Shown: piece by piece, positions 37,723 to 48,298 of the stretch | How positions within the stretch are numbered: position 1 is the stretch's first letter | How the letters are laid out: the number at the start of each line of letters is the position of its first letter | Source: an uncultured virus (IMG/VR IMGVR_UViG_3300044641_009318) | Taxonomy: Duplodnaviria; Heunggongvirae; Uroviricota; Caudoviricetes | Direction: 5' to 3' (one strand) | Virus record (IMG/VR): IMGVR_UViG_3300044641_009318 | DNA length: 64,000 nucleotides | Program-made: the position numbers and the translations under genes | Notes under the pieces: model-generated | Databases searched by the model: none | Seen by the model: only the letters and a program-made list of their open reading frames with translations | What the model was told of the DNA's origin: nothing

Positions 37723-38037
37723 ATGAAAATACAAGTCTCTGAAGAAGAAATTATCAAAAACTCAAATAATTTTGAGTTGGGAAAACTCGTAAGACAAAAA
37801 TATTGGAATACTCGCAATGAGGTTATGAACAATCGTGATGAACACGTTGGATTAGTAATCGATGAAAACGGAATGGTAACTGAATTACTTACACTAAATG
37901 ACAAAATTGAAAAATGTGTGGTTTGCGGTCGTGAAACAAGATATACCCGTGGAACCCATATCGACATGAGAGTTGGATACGTCGAGGGTGCTGGACAAGG
38001 GTGTGATGGTAGTTGTGGAGAAAGTGTTCCTTATTGA
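37723..38037 (+). CDS. hypothetical protein with Cys motifs
   Basis: CVVCG..R.GYVEGAGQGC. Confidence 0.65.
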   Translation: MKIQVSEEEIIKNSNNFELGKLVRQKYWNTRNEVMNNRDEHVGLVIDENGMVTELLTLNDKIEKCVVCGRETRYTRGTHIDMRVGYVEGAGQGCDGSCGESVPY

Positions 38038-38070
38038 CATTATAAGTCTTTTGGATATACTTTCATCTGT

Positions 38071-39321
38071 ATGAATACAAAGAAACCATCAGCCATTGTT
38101 TATGGGTGGCACAAACTCGGAGAGTCTATTTTACATTCCCACGTTTATTGGGAGGAAAATCTTTACGAAGAAGTTACTGTTTATTCTCTTCCCTATAATA
38201 ACTCAGTAGTCGAGGATTATACCAAATATCGTCCTGACTTGATTATATCCTTTGGTAGAAAAATTGACATACCCCACTTTCATCTATCACGATACCATAT
38301 CCACTATGATACTTTGATGGAAGATGTCATTTTAGCCAATGTGATTGCTTGTCAAACGGTATTTAGAAACTGTGATTACTTCCGACCAAGATTTTCGATT
38401 TTTACACCGACTTATAAAACAGGTGAAAGAATTCGTCGTACTTACCAAGGATTGAAAAATCAAACCTTGACCAATTGGGAATGGGTTATTGTTGATGACT
38501 CACCTGATGACGATACTTGGGAGATTCTCCAAGACATTGCTTCGAAAGATTATAGAGTCAAACTTCATAGGATTTATCCTTTGAGTGGTGGGAATATTGG
38601 TTTAGCTAAACACAGGGCAGCAATACTTTGTGATGGTGATTGGGTCGGTGAATTGGACCATGATGATATGTTAACGACTGAATGTTTATCTACGTGTCAA
38701 GAAGCCATTGAAAAATATCCCGATGGTGGTTTTCTTTATACAAACTGCAGTGAGATGTATGAAGACAACGAAGAACCTAAATATTACGACCATGATTGGT
38801 CAGGTAATTGGTATGCAAGAGAGGATAACTTTTTTGATTTTTCTTATGCTGGACACACTTGGGTCAAAGTTGATGGAAAAGAAAGATTAGCACACCACTA
38901 CCCCGACATAAACCCTCTTACTATCCGATTCAATATTACGATGCCGAATCATCTCAGAATGTGGAAACGAGAGGTCTATCACGAGATTGGTGGACATAAC
39001 AAATCAATACCAGTTGCTGATGACTTAGAAATTATTATTCGTACATTTTTGGCAACTAAGTTTATTCACATCAAAAAAGTTTTATATCTTCAATTCAACA
39101 ACCGAAACTCTACCGTTGATAACAACGCAACAGACATCAATAGAAGGGCAAGACTTATTCGTGACCACTACGATAAAAAAATACACGAAAGAATTAATGA
39201 ACTTGGTTTTTGGGATTGGAATTGGGACGACGAGGCTCAACACTCACAAAAATTTCAACATAAAGTACCCATCAGAAAATACTTTGATGAGGAACAAGTA
39301 ATGAACTATATCTATGAATAA
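38071..39321 (+). CDS. glycosyltransferase family 2
   Basis: FSIFTPTY, WEWVIVDDS, ELDHDD, ADDLE. Confidence 0.9.
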   Translation: MNTKKPSAIVYGWHKLGESILHSHVYWEENLYEEVTVYSLPYNNSVVEDYTKYRPDLIISFGRKIDIPHFHLSRYHIHYDTLMEDVILANVIACQTVFRNCDYFRPRFSIFTPTYKTGERIRRTYQGLKNQTLTNWEWVIVDDSPDDDTWEILQDIASKDYRVKLHRIYPLSGGNIGLAKHRAAILCDGDWVGELDHDDMLTTECLSTCQEAIEKYPDGGFLYTNCSEMYEDNEEPKYYDHDWSGNWYAREDNFFDFSYAGHTWVKVDGKERLAHHYPDINPLTIRFNITMPNHLRMWKREVYHEIGGHNKSIPVADDLEIIIRTFLATKFIHIKKVLYLQFNNRNSTVDNNATDINRRARLIRDHYDKKIHERINELGFWDWNWDDEAQHSQKFQHKVPIRKYFDEEQVMNYIYE

Positions 39322-40474
39322 CAAAACAACAAAAATCTGTTTAAATGCGATGGTCGCCAACGAGGCAAGAACCATCACCCGTATGTTGGATTCCTGTTAC
39401 AAATACATTGACTACTGGGTAATCCAAGATAACGGTTCCAAAGATGGAACCCAAGACATAATTCGTGACTATTTTCAAGAAAAGGGTATCCCAGGTTTTC
39501 TTTATGAGACTGAGTGGCAGTATCCAGGTTTCAACCGAGACCATGCTCTTCAGGCTTGTTTGAAATCCGACCACGGATGTGATTGGATTCTTCGTATGGA
39601 CGCGGATGAAAGATTGGAAGTTGATGAAGATTTCGATTGGGAAGTATTCAATGATACAACAGTATCATCATGGAATATTATTGTACACTCATTCGATACT
39701 AAATACTTTAGGACTTGGATGTGGAATTCCAAACTTCCTTGGTTCTTTGCTCACGATAGAAGACACGAGACAATCCATCTACCAAGTTTAGGTGAAGAAT
39801 TTCAAAGAATTACTTTACCCGAAGGATTTCGTCACATTGTCACAAACGATGGACAAACATGGTTTGCTCCAAGAAAGTTTTTGAAAGACGCTTTGGAACT
39901 TGAAAGTGATAAAGTTGTTGGAAATACTTTGAATGATGACATGTATCATTTTTGGTATGTCGCTAAAAGTTATGCGGATTGTTATGGTAAACCCGAAGAA
40001 TTACCTTTGGGTAAAGTCCACTCCGATGAATATGCTCGAAGAGCTATTTTCTATTTTGAGCAATGGTTGATAATCAATCACAACTATTATGAGACTGGCA
40101 TCCCTGCTCGTGTTGATGAAATGGGTTACCTTACATTTATTTTAATGGGAGATGCTTACAGATTCATGGGTAATTTGGAAAAATCCGAATCAATGTACCG
40201 ACAAGCAGAACCCTTTGCTCCAGGAAGAAACGAACATTTATTATATTTGATACATCTATTGGAGGAACAAAACAGATTGGAAGAAGCAATTCAGTTGACC
40301 GAAATTGCGTTGATACCTGAAAGAACAAATCCATTTCCTGGTTATTGTTTCTTAATTGAAAATAGAGCTTACCATGACTCATCAACATACTTGGTAGAGA
40401 CGAGAGACCGAATGAAAAAAAGAATGGATGAACCTGTAATGAGTAACAAAGGTGTCGTTTTTGATTTCAAATAA
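39314..40474 (+). CDS. GT-A glycosyltransferase with C-terminal TPR-like helices
   Basis: ICLNAMVANE, VIQDNGSKDGT, WILRMDADE, RHE. Confidence 0.85.
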   Translation: MNNKTTKICLNAMVANEARTITRMLDSCYKYIDYWVIQDNGSKDGTQDIIRDYFQEKGIPGFLYETEWQYPGFNRDHALQACLKSDHGCDWILRMDADERLEVDEDFDWEVFNDTTVSSWNIIVHSFDTKYFRTWMWNSKLPWFFAHDRRHETIHLPSLGEEFQRITLPEGFRHIVTNDGQTWFAPRKFLKDALELESDKVVGNTLNDDMYHFWYVAKSYADCYGKPEELPLGKVHSDEYARRAIFYFEQWLIINHNYYETGIPARVDEMGYLTFILMGDAYRFMGNLEKSESMYRQAEPFAPGRNEHLLYLIHLLEEQNRLEEAIQLTEIALIPERTNPFPGYCFLIENRAYHDSSTYLVETRDRMKKRMDEPVMSNKGVVFDFK

Positions 40475-41582
40475 AAAATATGATTATGTAATTGTAGGTT
40501 CAGGTTTCTTCGGTGCGACCTGTGCCCACGAATTAACCAAGGCGGGTAAAAAAGTTTTGGTGATTGAAAAAAGGAATCACATTGGTGGGAACTGTCACAC
40601 TAAAGATGTTGATGGAATCCACGTACACGAGTATGGCGCTCATATTTTTCATACAAGTGATAAACGAATTTGGGAATGGGTGAATCAATTTGCTGAGTTC
40701 AGACAATTTCAAAACTCACCAATCGCAAATTATAAAGGAGAACTCTATTCCCTTCCGTTTAATATGTGGACATTCCATCAGTTGTGGGGGGTAAAAAATC
40801 CTGAGGATGCTAAACTTAAGATTGAATCACAAAAGTATCGTGGACCCATTACCAATTTGGAAGAACAGGCTCGTTCAATGGTTGGTGATGACATCTTTTA
40901 CAAATTAATAAAAGGATATACCGAGAAACAGTGGGGTAAGAAGTGTACAGAACTTCCCCCTTCAATTATCAAAAGGTTACCTGTAAGATTTACTTGGGAT
41001 AACAACTATTTCAATGATAAATTCCAAGGTATTCCAATTGGAGGTTATACCCAAATCTTTGACAAATTATTGGATGGTATTGAAGTTATGTTGGAAACGG
41101 ATTTTTTCCAACACAAGGATGAGTTTGAATTTATGAGTGAGAAAATAATTTACACCGGTCCAATTGACAGATTCTTTGATTTCAAATACGGTAAACTTGA
41201 ATACCGAAGTCTTCGATGGGAAAACTACCACTTAGATAAGGAAAGTTTCCAAGGACATCCTGTTATGAACTTCACTGATGATGAAACGGAATACACTCGA
41301 GTCTTAGAACATAAGTTCTTTGACAACCAAAATCAAAAGACAACCTACATCAGCAAAGAGTATTCATGTGAATACACCGGTGAGAACGACCCTTACTATC
41401 CGATTAGGGACGAAAAAAATGTGATAACTTATAACAAGTATAAATGGCTAGCGGATGAAAACAAAAAATACATCTTTGGAGGAAGACTTGGTACTTACGC
41501 CTATTACGACATGCACCAAGTAATTGGGCAAGCCTTAGCGACTTTAGATAAACTTAAGTGGGGTGAGTCTAAAGAAAATTAA
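40452..41582 (+). CDS. glf: UDP-galactopyranose mutase
   Basis: IVGSGFFG, HIGGNC, HEYGAHIFHT, YTEKQWG, PYYP, GGRLGTYAYYDMHQVI. Confidence 0.95.
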   Translation: MSFLISNKKYDYVIVGSGFFGATCAHELTKAGKKVLVIEKRNHIGGNCHTKDVDGIHVHEYGAHIFHTSDKRIWEWVNQFAEFRQFQNSPIANYKGELYSLPFNMWTFHQLWGVKNPEDAKLKIESQKYRGPITNLEEQARSMVGDDIFYKLIKGYTEKQWGKKCTELPPSIIKRLPVRFTWDNNYFNDKFQGIPIGGYTQIFDKLLDGIEVMLETDFFQHKDEFEFMSEKIIYTGPIDRFFDFKYGKLEYRSLRWENYHLDKESFQGHPVMNFTDDETEYTRVLEHKFFDNQNQKTTYISKEYSCEYTGENDPYYPIRDEKNVITYNKYKWLADENKKYIFGGRLGTYAYYDMHQVIGQALATLDKLKWGESKEN

Positions 41583-41853
41583 TTTCTGTCAAACAAAAAG
41601 TGTCATTGGAAATCTGTGACATCACACGAGTGATATGGTTTTTGATTTTTTCCCCAACGTTTAGCGTATCAGTGCCTTCTTTCACATAAATTTTGAGACC
41701 ATAAACCCAATCACACATTGCGGTTCTCACAGGAGCTCTGAAAAGGAATGTAACCTCAATAGTCTCAACCCCGCCGAGACTTTTGTCACGTTCGAGAGAT
41801 TGGGAAACAATCTTGTCCAAAGACTTTTTGAGAATAAGATTACGGTCAGACAC
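41569..41853 (-). CDS. hypothetical protein
   Basis: 94 aa; TATTTATA motif upstream on the minus strand. Confidence 0.55.
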   Translation of the reverse strand: MSDRNLILKKSLDKIVSQSLERDKSLGGVETIEVTFLFRAPVRTAMCDWVYGLKIYVKEGTDTLNVGEKIKNHITRVMSQISNDTFCLTEINFL

Positions 41854-41913
41854 CTTATTAATATTTTTACAAATATAAATACAAAATAGTTTGGTTTAAA
41901 AAAATATTTTGAT

Positions 41914-41921
41914 TAAATTTG
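41914..41921 (+). promoter_or_regulatory. Bacteroidota promoter (-33 TTTG / -7 TAAATTTG)
   Basis: TTTG at 41890-41893, 20-nt spacer, TAAATTTG, 4 nt, ATG 41926. Confidence 0.7.
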
Positions 41922-41925
41922 TGGT

Positions 41926-42243
41926 ATGAGTTTTACTGAACAAACCCTCACTATCAATACCAAGACGACAGGTTTTGCCTCTCCCGCTGAAAGTTACGTG
42001 GACAAGAGATTAGACCTAAATGAATTGATTGTTAGGGACATTCATTCTACTTTTTATTTTAGATATAAAGGACCAAAAACCTTGGGGGTAAATCCTGGTG
42101 ATGTGTTGGTTGTTGACCGAGCAATTCAACCTTTGGATGGTGACTTAGTGGTGTTAACTGACAAACTTTGTTTTAAGATAAGGGAGTATGATGGACAGAA
42201 AAACTTATGGGGTAAAGTTTCTTGGATTTTAAAACAACGTTAA
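41926..42243 (+). CDS. umuD: UmuD-like (S24) protein, catalytic residues apparently lost
   Basis: GFASPAESYVDKRLDLNELIV..STFYF..GDVLVVDRA..GDLVV; adjacent to umuC. Confidence 0.8.
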   Translation: MSFTEQTLTINTKTTGFASPAESYVDKRLDLNELIVRDIHSTFYFRYKGPKTLGVNPGDVLVVDRAIQPLDGDLVVLTDKLCFKIREYDGQKNLWGKVSWILKQR

Positions 42244-42307
42244 TCATGGGAATAATCATCATTATAATTTTACTTTGGGCAATTCTCAAACAACTTGAAA
42301 AAAAACA

Positions 42308-43510
42308 ATGACTCGGAAAATTGGAATTATTGACTGTAATAATTTTTACGTTTCTTGTGAGAGGGTCTTTAATCCTGTCTCGGTGGGGAGACCCACTGTT
42401 GTTCTTTCTAACAACGATGGTTGTGTGATTGCTCGTTCTCAAGAAGCCAAGGCTCTTGGAATTAAAATGGGTGAACCCTTTTTCCAAAAAAGGGATTTTA
42501 TGGATGAACACCGATTTTGTGTTTATTCATCTAATTATAATCTCTACGGAGATATGTCTGACAGAGTAATGTCAGTTATCAAAGAGTTCTCCACAACAAT
42601 GGAAATATATTCCATTGATGAGGCGTTCGTTGATTTTTCAAACATCCCTGACAATGAGTTGATGGACACCTTGGAACTTATCCAAGACCAAGTTAAACGT
42701 AGAGTTGGGATTCCTGTTTCTATTGGTGTGGGACCAAATAAGACCTTGGCTAAACTCACATCTCATATGGCAAAACAACAACCCACATTCAATGGAATCT
42801 GTAGTTATTGGGATTTACCTGACTTTAGGAATTCTCTTTATGAAATTGATGTTGATGAAGTGTGGGGTATCGGTCGTAAGTGGGCAAAAAAACTAAAGGC
42901 TATTGGCGTGGAATCAATCGGACAATTTGTTATGCTTCCCGACGCATATGTTAGAAAACTATTAAACGTAAATGGGTTAAGGGCGAAGGCTGAAATCCTT
43001 GGAATGTATTGTCACTCCGTTGTTACTCAATCAAAGTTTAAAAAGAACATTGCTTCAACTCGCTCGTTTGGACAAGATGTTGATTCTTTCGACCAATTGG
43101 CGGAAGCCATGTACACTTACATTAAGAATGGTGTTAGAAAACTTATTGAAAATGGTGCAGAGCCAAACAAAGCAACCATATTCATGAACGGGAATATCCA
43201 CAAAGGGGAAAAACATTATTCAAGTAAACAAATTTCATTCAACCAACAAACCAAAGATGTGGATGAGATTTGGAGTCAAGTTTACCCACACCTGAAAAAA
43301 CTTTATCAGGTGGGTAAAAAATATAAAAAATGTGGAATTATCTTCAATGACCTGATGCCAGATTCACAACGTCAGACATCACTTTTTGAGCAGACAATTC
43401 AAATCATTCAGGCTCCGATTAATAAAGAAAAAAAGTGGGAAATGAAACAAGACTTTATAAGTCGAAAGTATACAACGTCTTGGGATGAAATTCCTGAGGT
43501 TTTTGTTTAG
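42308..43510 (+). CDS. umuC: Y-family DNA polymerase V catalytic subunit UmuC
   Basis: [48 protein letters not shown]-terminal [19 protein letters not shown]. Confidence 0.93.
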   Translation: MTRKIGIIDCNNFYVSCERVFNPVSVGRPTVVLSNNDGCVIARSQEAKALGIKMGEPFFQKRDFMDEHRFCVYSSNYNLYGDMSDRVMSVIKEFSTTMEIYSIDEAFVDFSNIPDNELMDTLELIQDQVKRRVGIPVSIGVGPNKTLAKLTSHMAKQQPTFNGICSYWDLPDFRNSLYEIDVDEVWGIGRKWAKKLKAIGVESIGQFVMLPDAYVRKLLNVNGLRAKAEILGMYCHSVVTQSKFKKNIASTRSFGQDVDSFDQLAEAMYTYIKNGVRKLIENGAEPNKATIFMNGNIHKGEKHYSSKQISFNQQTKDVDEIWSQVYPHLKKLYQVGKKYKKCGIIFNDLMPDSQRQTSLFEQTIQIIQAPINKEKKWEMKQDFISRKYTTSWDEIPEVFV

Positions 43511-43542
43511 GACCTTTGGATATTTATAACTAAAACTGACTA

Positions 43543-44118
43543 ATGAAAAAAGTTTTAGCAGAAGAAATTAATAAGAACAGAAGGCTCATGAACCTCCAAG
43601 AACAAACTCTTGGAGATTTACTCAAATCTGTTTCAGATTTCTTCGGGTTTGATGACTCAGAGGAAAAACCGGAAAAACAAGTTAAGAGTATTGGAACTGA
43701 TGATGAGTTCTACAATGAAATACTCAAAGGGATTGGCGCACCTATTACTCCCGATAACATGGAGTTTTTATATGCTTGGAGACAATCTGAAGGTGGTGAA
43801 GCAAAAAACAATCCATTCAACACGACTTACCACAAACCTGGCGCCTCTTTTTATAACTGTCTATCAAAAAACTCTGAAGGTAAATGTATTCAAGGTGTTA
43901 AAAATTACCAACAAGATATGGATGGTATTCAGGCAACTATAGACACACTCCGAAATGGCAAGTACGACAATATCATTAACTCTTTGAAATCTGGAAAAGA
44001 TTCTATGAAAACTGCTATGGAACTTAAGAATTCACCTTGGGGTACGGGAGACTTAACAATCAAAGTATTAAAAGGATATCAGTCAGGGGCGAGTCCCAAA
44101 CCACCAAAAATTGCTTAA
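43543..44118 (+). CDS. putative virion-associated lysozyme-like/muralytic protein
   Basis: AWRQSEGG..NNPFNTT..GVKNY..GIQATIDTL pattern; TATTTATA at 43521. Confidence 0.45.
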   Translation: MKKVLAEEINKNRRLMNLQEQTLGDLLKSVSDFFGFDDSEEKPEKQVKSIGTDDEFYNEILKGIGAPITPDNMEFLYAWRQSEGGEAKNNPFNTTYHKPGASFYNCLSKNSEGKCIQGVKNYQQDMDGIQATIDTLRNGKYDNIINSLKSGKDSMKTAMELKNSPWGTGDLTIKVLKGYQSGASPKPPKIA

Positions 44119-44121
44119 CTT

Positions 44122-45681
44122 ATGTTAATTCTTGAGGGTAGAAAAGAAAACGTATTCAACAAATACGAAAGCCAAATTCAAGCGGCAAGGAAATTAGTCT
44201 CCGATTATTTGGAAAATGGTTCTGCCTATGATTTTTTGATTACTGACCCATTCATGATACAATCCAATTACAAATATTTGGATGGGTTGATGAGGGTTTA
44301 TCTTGGTATGAATGAATTTTATTTCAGTTCTGAAAAACAATCTTTACCAACAAGAGAAGCCTTTAATTTTATAATGAAAGAAAGGGAGTTCCTTACAAGA
44401 GCCATTAATGCCTTGGAATTTTTTGATTCTAACAAGAAAAAATTCAAGTATAACGAATTTAGTGATTACATTAAAAACGAAACTTTGAATGACTTTCTCA
44501 AAGAGTACAAAAAACTCAAATCGGAAAGGGAGAAGAAAAAAGAATTGGAGATTAAAAAAACTCAGGTCACTCGAATATATGAAGATGAAAACATCATTGT
44601 TTTGAGACCTTTGAGTTATGAAGCTTCCTGTATTTACGGAGCTAACACAAAGTGGTGTACTGCATCCAAACAATCCATGGAACACTTCTTGAATTATATC
44701 TCAACGGGGGGTTTATACTATATTATTTTTAAAAAAATACCGAGTGATAACATTTATCATAAGGTAGCTATCTACAAAACGGAGACGGGACAAACTTGGT
44801 GGGATTCACTAGACAAAAAAATGGATGGCACTGAAATTGCTCGAATGATTTCTGCACTCCCTATAGATGTAATGCCCCTTATAAAACAGGATTTTGATAC
44901 TGAATACCCCGTGGACCCCTTAGTGGTTGACGCATTTAACTCTCAATATTCATTCACCGCGCAGAGAGAACTGGCAAATCAAGATGTTATTGGTAAATGG
45001 GAGTTTGGGGTCACCTTCTCTTCTCCCAAAGTTGAGAGTGAAACGGAGACTTCTGTAAAGTGTGAAGTTTTCATCGAGAAAGAATTCCAAGAGGTCCCTG
45101 TCGGAACCTATTTAATGAAAAATGAAATTGAATATAAAACAAGTTTCGCTAATTTCTATGTCTTTCCTCAAGTAATTAGTGAAGATATGGGTATACCTCT
45201 GAGGGGTCCGATTGACTTAAGTATTCAGTTAGGACATAGAATTCCAAGAAACCTCTTCAACGAATATGCAATGAAGTTGTTCAATCGAATTTATGTGCAA
45301 ATAGTAAAGAATGAAAAATTTATTGAAGTCATAACACCTAAGGATGTGATAATTTCTAAATCACCAAAAACCGATGCTGGATATACTTTTGATAGAAGGT
45401 CAGGTGTTATTGGTGAATTGTTAAAATGGTTGGATAGTGGGAAAGTTGGAACCAAAACAGACTTCTTGGTTGATATTGGTAAGTTAGACTACCGAGACGG
45501 TCAATTCTACACTAAGGGTTCTAGTTCACCAATAGTTAGTAGGGGTTATTTATCCCCTCTTTTTTCTACCGCTAAAGCAGCGGGTATCATAGATTACAAA
45601 AAAGATGGTCCAAGATTCTTAATAACCAAGGGACCTAACTTTGAAAAATACAAATCGGGGGCTAAAATAGTCTTCTTATAA
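44122..45681 (+). CDS. WCT-motif protein
   Basis: PLSYEASCIYGANTKWCTAS..F.NY..GGLYYII..KVAI..WWDSLD. Confidence 0.7.
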   Translation: MLILEGRKENVFNKYESQIQAARKLVSDYLENGSAYDFLITDPFMIQSNYKYLDGLMRVYLGMNEFYFSSEKQSLPTREAFNFIMKEREFLTRAINALEFFDSNKKKFKYNEFSDYIKNETLNDFLKEYKKLKSEREKKKELEIKKTQVTRIYEDENIIVLRPLSYEASCIYGANTKWCTASKQSMEHFLNYISTGGLYYIIFKKIPSDNIYHKVAIYKTETGQTWWDSLDKKMDGTEIARMISALPIDVMPLIKQDFDTEYPVDPLVVDAFNSQYSFTAQRELANQDVIGKWEFGVTFSSPKVESETETSVKCEVFIEKEFQEVPVGTYLMKNEIEYKTSFANFYVFPQVISEDMGIPLRGPIDLSIQLGHRIPRNLFNEYAMKLFNRIYVQIVKNEKFIEVITPKDVIISKSPKTDAGYTFDRRSGVIGELLKWLDSGKVGTKTDFLVDIGKLDYRDGQFYTKGSSSPIVSRGYLSPLFSTAKAAGIIDYKKDGPRFLITKGPNFEKYKSGAKIVFL

Positions 45682-45835
45682 AAAAAGGGGGTCTCTTTCG
45701 AGAACCCCCAAAACCGGTAAAACACTAATCTACACCTATGAGGAAACCGGTAACCATCAAGGTTATTCAAAACATAGATGACTATTTTTCTAAGGACAAT
45801 AGTTTTTCTAATTAAATTTTCTTATATTTTAGAGT

Positions 45836-46195
45836 ATGAAACAATTATTTTATTTTCTTTTAACTTTATTAATTTTGGGGTGTCAAGAAGAGGGAGTCAT
45901 ATGTGACACTTCGTTTAAATCCTTCAACCTTTATGTAAGGGATACTTTAGAACACGTCATAGTAAGAGACATAAATTCTGGATATGTTTTGTATTCAGAT
46001 AGTAATGTTTACACACAATTCAAAGTGGTTGACGATAGTTATTTGCACATAATGGGTACCGACCAACAGACCACGTTGAATATTAATTTTAGATATGTAA
46101 ATGACTCAGTCGGAGTCAGAGTTGTACCCATTTGTGTTTATACTGATAAATGTCATATTAATTTTAGTTACCCATCAGATACCTTGTTACTATGA
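45836..46195 (+). CDS. putative lipoprotein
   Basis: Lipobox LLILGC. Confidence 0.65.
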   Translation: MKQLFYFLLTLLILGCQEEGVICDTSFKSFNLYVRDTLEHVIVRDINSGYVLYSDSNVYTQFKVVDDSYLHIMGTDQQTTLNINFRYVNDSVGVRVVPICVYTDKCHINFSYPSDTLLL

Positions 46196-48252
46196 AAAAA
46201 CTTCTTACCCTGATTTTATTTTTGTTCTCCTTTGTGGGTTTTGGTTCCCACTATGCTGGTGGAGACATTCAATATAGATATATTGGTGATTCGACAGGAA
46301 TCAATCATCACTACAAAGTAATTCTTCGACTTTACCGAGATATCACAGGCATCGGTATGCCAGCAACAACTACCGTAACTGTCAGTTCTAGTTGCTTTAC
46401 TAACCAAAACATCACTATGACCCAACAAGCGGGTTCAGGTTTGGTGGCGCCGACGTTATTTGATTGTGTGACACCAGGTTCTGTTAGTACGAGGACCTTG
46501 GAGATTTATACTTATAAAGGTTTTGTTATTTTACCTGGTACCTGTTCAAACTTTAAGTTTTGGTGGTCTGACTGTTGTAGACCCGGTAATATTACAAATA
46601 TTTTTGCGTCAAATGGTGCTTTGGGAAATGACGGTTTCTTCTTTGACGCTGACTTAAATAATACTTCGGGTAACAACTCCTCACCAATTTTTGTCTCGGA
46701 ACCCGTTAGGGCTTTCTGTATCAATAAAACATTCAATTGGGCTCAGACAAGTGTGGAATATGATGGGGATAGTATTCACTATCAAATGATTAATTGTCGT
46801 GAAGGGTTATATCCCACTCAAACAAATATACCATTTGACGCTGGATATTCTGCGACCCAACCAATCACTTCAACATTCTTCAATATTAATCCAAAAACAG
46901 GTACTATAAATTTTTTACCCACTCAACAAGAAATTGATGTAATGAGTGTAAAGATTACTGAGTGGAGATACGATAGTACTTGGTTTGTTTGGTACCCTGT
47001 AGGGTCATCTTCGAGGGATATGATGGTATCAATATCCGCTAACTGTTCCCCTCAAGCAACCCAAGGTGTTATTTTGGATTACGACTACCCTGGTCAATTT
47101 TTGGACTCGGTAACTATGCTTCCTGCAGTCAATTACAATTGTGGAGACACGGCAGTTGATTTATACTTTGAAATCAAAATTGATTGTGAGTCAGTTGCTT
47201 TAGATGGTAGTGATTTTAGAATGACCAATCCATTTGGTCAACCTATTCCTATCAAGAGTTTGATTCCTGATTGTGATGTAAACAAAGAAACCGAATATAT
47301 CAAAGTGGTCCTATTTAAACCTTTATTGGTTAATGGTCGTTACTTTTTATATTCAAAGACTGGTAATGACGGAAATACTTTAACCAACAAGTGTGGGTTC
47401 CCGATGGATGAATTTGATACTTTGGTTATCATTGTTGATAATTGTGTTGAACCTGTATGGCAGTTTGAAAATGTGACGGTAGTTGATGATAATCACATAA
47501 ACTTACAGTGGAGTGTTGATGGTGCTTCTTGTGATACGAACGCTATCGAGGGATATGGTATTTTCAAATGGGATGGAACACAATATGTCTTCCGTCAACT
47601 GGTTACAAAATGGGACCGTTTTTATTATGATGATTTAACGGCAACCAATGTTGATGGGCAGACGTATTCATATAAAATTGATTTTAGATATAGTGGTTTC
47701 ATTTTCGGACCATCAGATTCAATTCACTCCATTTGGTTAAGAAGTAATGGTGAGTGTGATTCGGTTAACTTATTGTGGAATCAATACAATGGTTGGGATA
47801 ACCCACTTTACGATGTATACATACAATACAACAATCAATGGGTAAAATGGAATACAACATCTTTGACTGACACGACCTATCTATTGACGTCAGACACTTT
47901 GAAGGTTGGAAACTACAACATCAAGGTTGTAACAACAAACAACGGATATGTAAGCGAAAGTAATTATGTGATTTGCGTACAACCCGAACCACCTTTCATT
48001 ACAATACCCAATGTTTTCACACCAAATAATGACAATACCAATGATTTTTTTGTAATCAATAACCTACTTCTCTATAACTTTAGACCGATTATTATCAAGA
48101 ATAGATGGGGAAAAACCGTTTATCAGAGTTTACAGTACAACAACGATTGGGACGGACGAGGGGTTCCTGATGGTGTATATTACGGTGTAGTATCAATTAT
48201 TATCAACAATGAAGTAGTTTCTTACCCTTTTAAGGTTACCGTACTACATTAG
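46192..48252 (+). CDS. secreted protein with T9SS type B (gliding-motility-associated) C-terminal domain
   Basis: Signal peptide then SHYAGGDIQY..LRLYRD; C-terminal IPNVFTPNNDNTNDFF..KNRWGKTVY..NDWDG..DGVYY. Confidence 0.85.
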   Translation: MKKLLTLILFLFSFVGFGSHYAGGDIQYRYIGDSTGINHHYKVILRLYRDITGIGMPATTTVTVSSSCFTNQNITMTQQAGSGLVAPTLFDCVTPGSVSTRTLEIYTYKGFVILPGTCSNFKFWWSDCCRPGNITNIFASNGALGNDGFFFDADLNNTSGNNSSPIFVSEPVRAFCINKTFNWAQTSVEYDGDSIHYQMINCREGLYPTQTNIPFDAGYSATQPITSTFFNINPKTGTINFLPTQQEIDVMSVKITEWRYDSTWFVWYPVGSSSRDMMVSISANCSPQATQGVILDYDYPGQFLDSVTMLPAVNYNCGDTAVDLYFEIKIDCESVALDGSDFRMTNPFGQPIPIKSLIPDCDVNKETEYIKVVLFKPLLVNGRYFLYSKTGNDGNTLTNKCGFPMDEFDTLVIIVDNCVEPVWQFENVTVVDDNHINLQWSVDGASCDTNAIEGYGIFKWDGTQYVFRQLVTKWDRFYYDDLTATNVDGQTYSYKIDFRYSGFIFGPSDSIHSIWLRSNGECDSVNLLWNQYNGWDNPLYDVYIQYNNQWVKWNTTSLTDTTYLLTSDTLKVGNYNIKVVTTNNGYVSESNYVICVQPEPPFITIPNVFTPNNDNTNDFFVINNLLLYNFRPIIIKNRWGKTVYQSLQYNNDWDGRGVPDGVYYGVVSIIINNEVVSYPFKVTVLH

Positions 48253-48298
48253 GTCGAAGTTTTCTTAAAATAAAAATATTTATTACTAAAACACTATT

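Noticed and set aside
45712..45755. AAACCGGTAA occurring twice in an intergenic gap
   Set aside because: Only two short copies with no further structure; insufficient support
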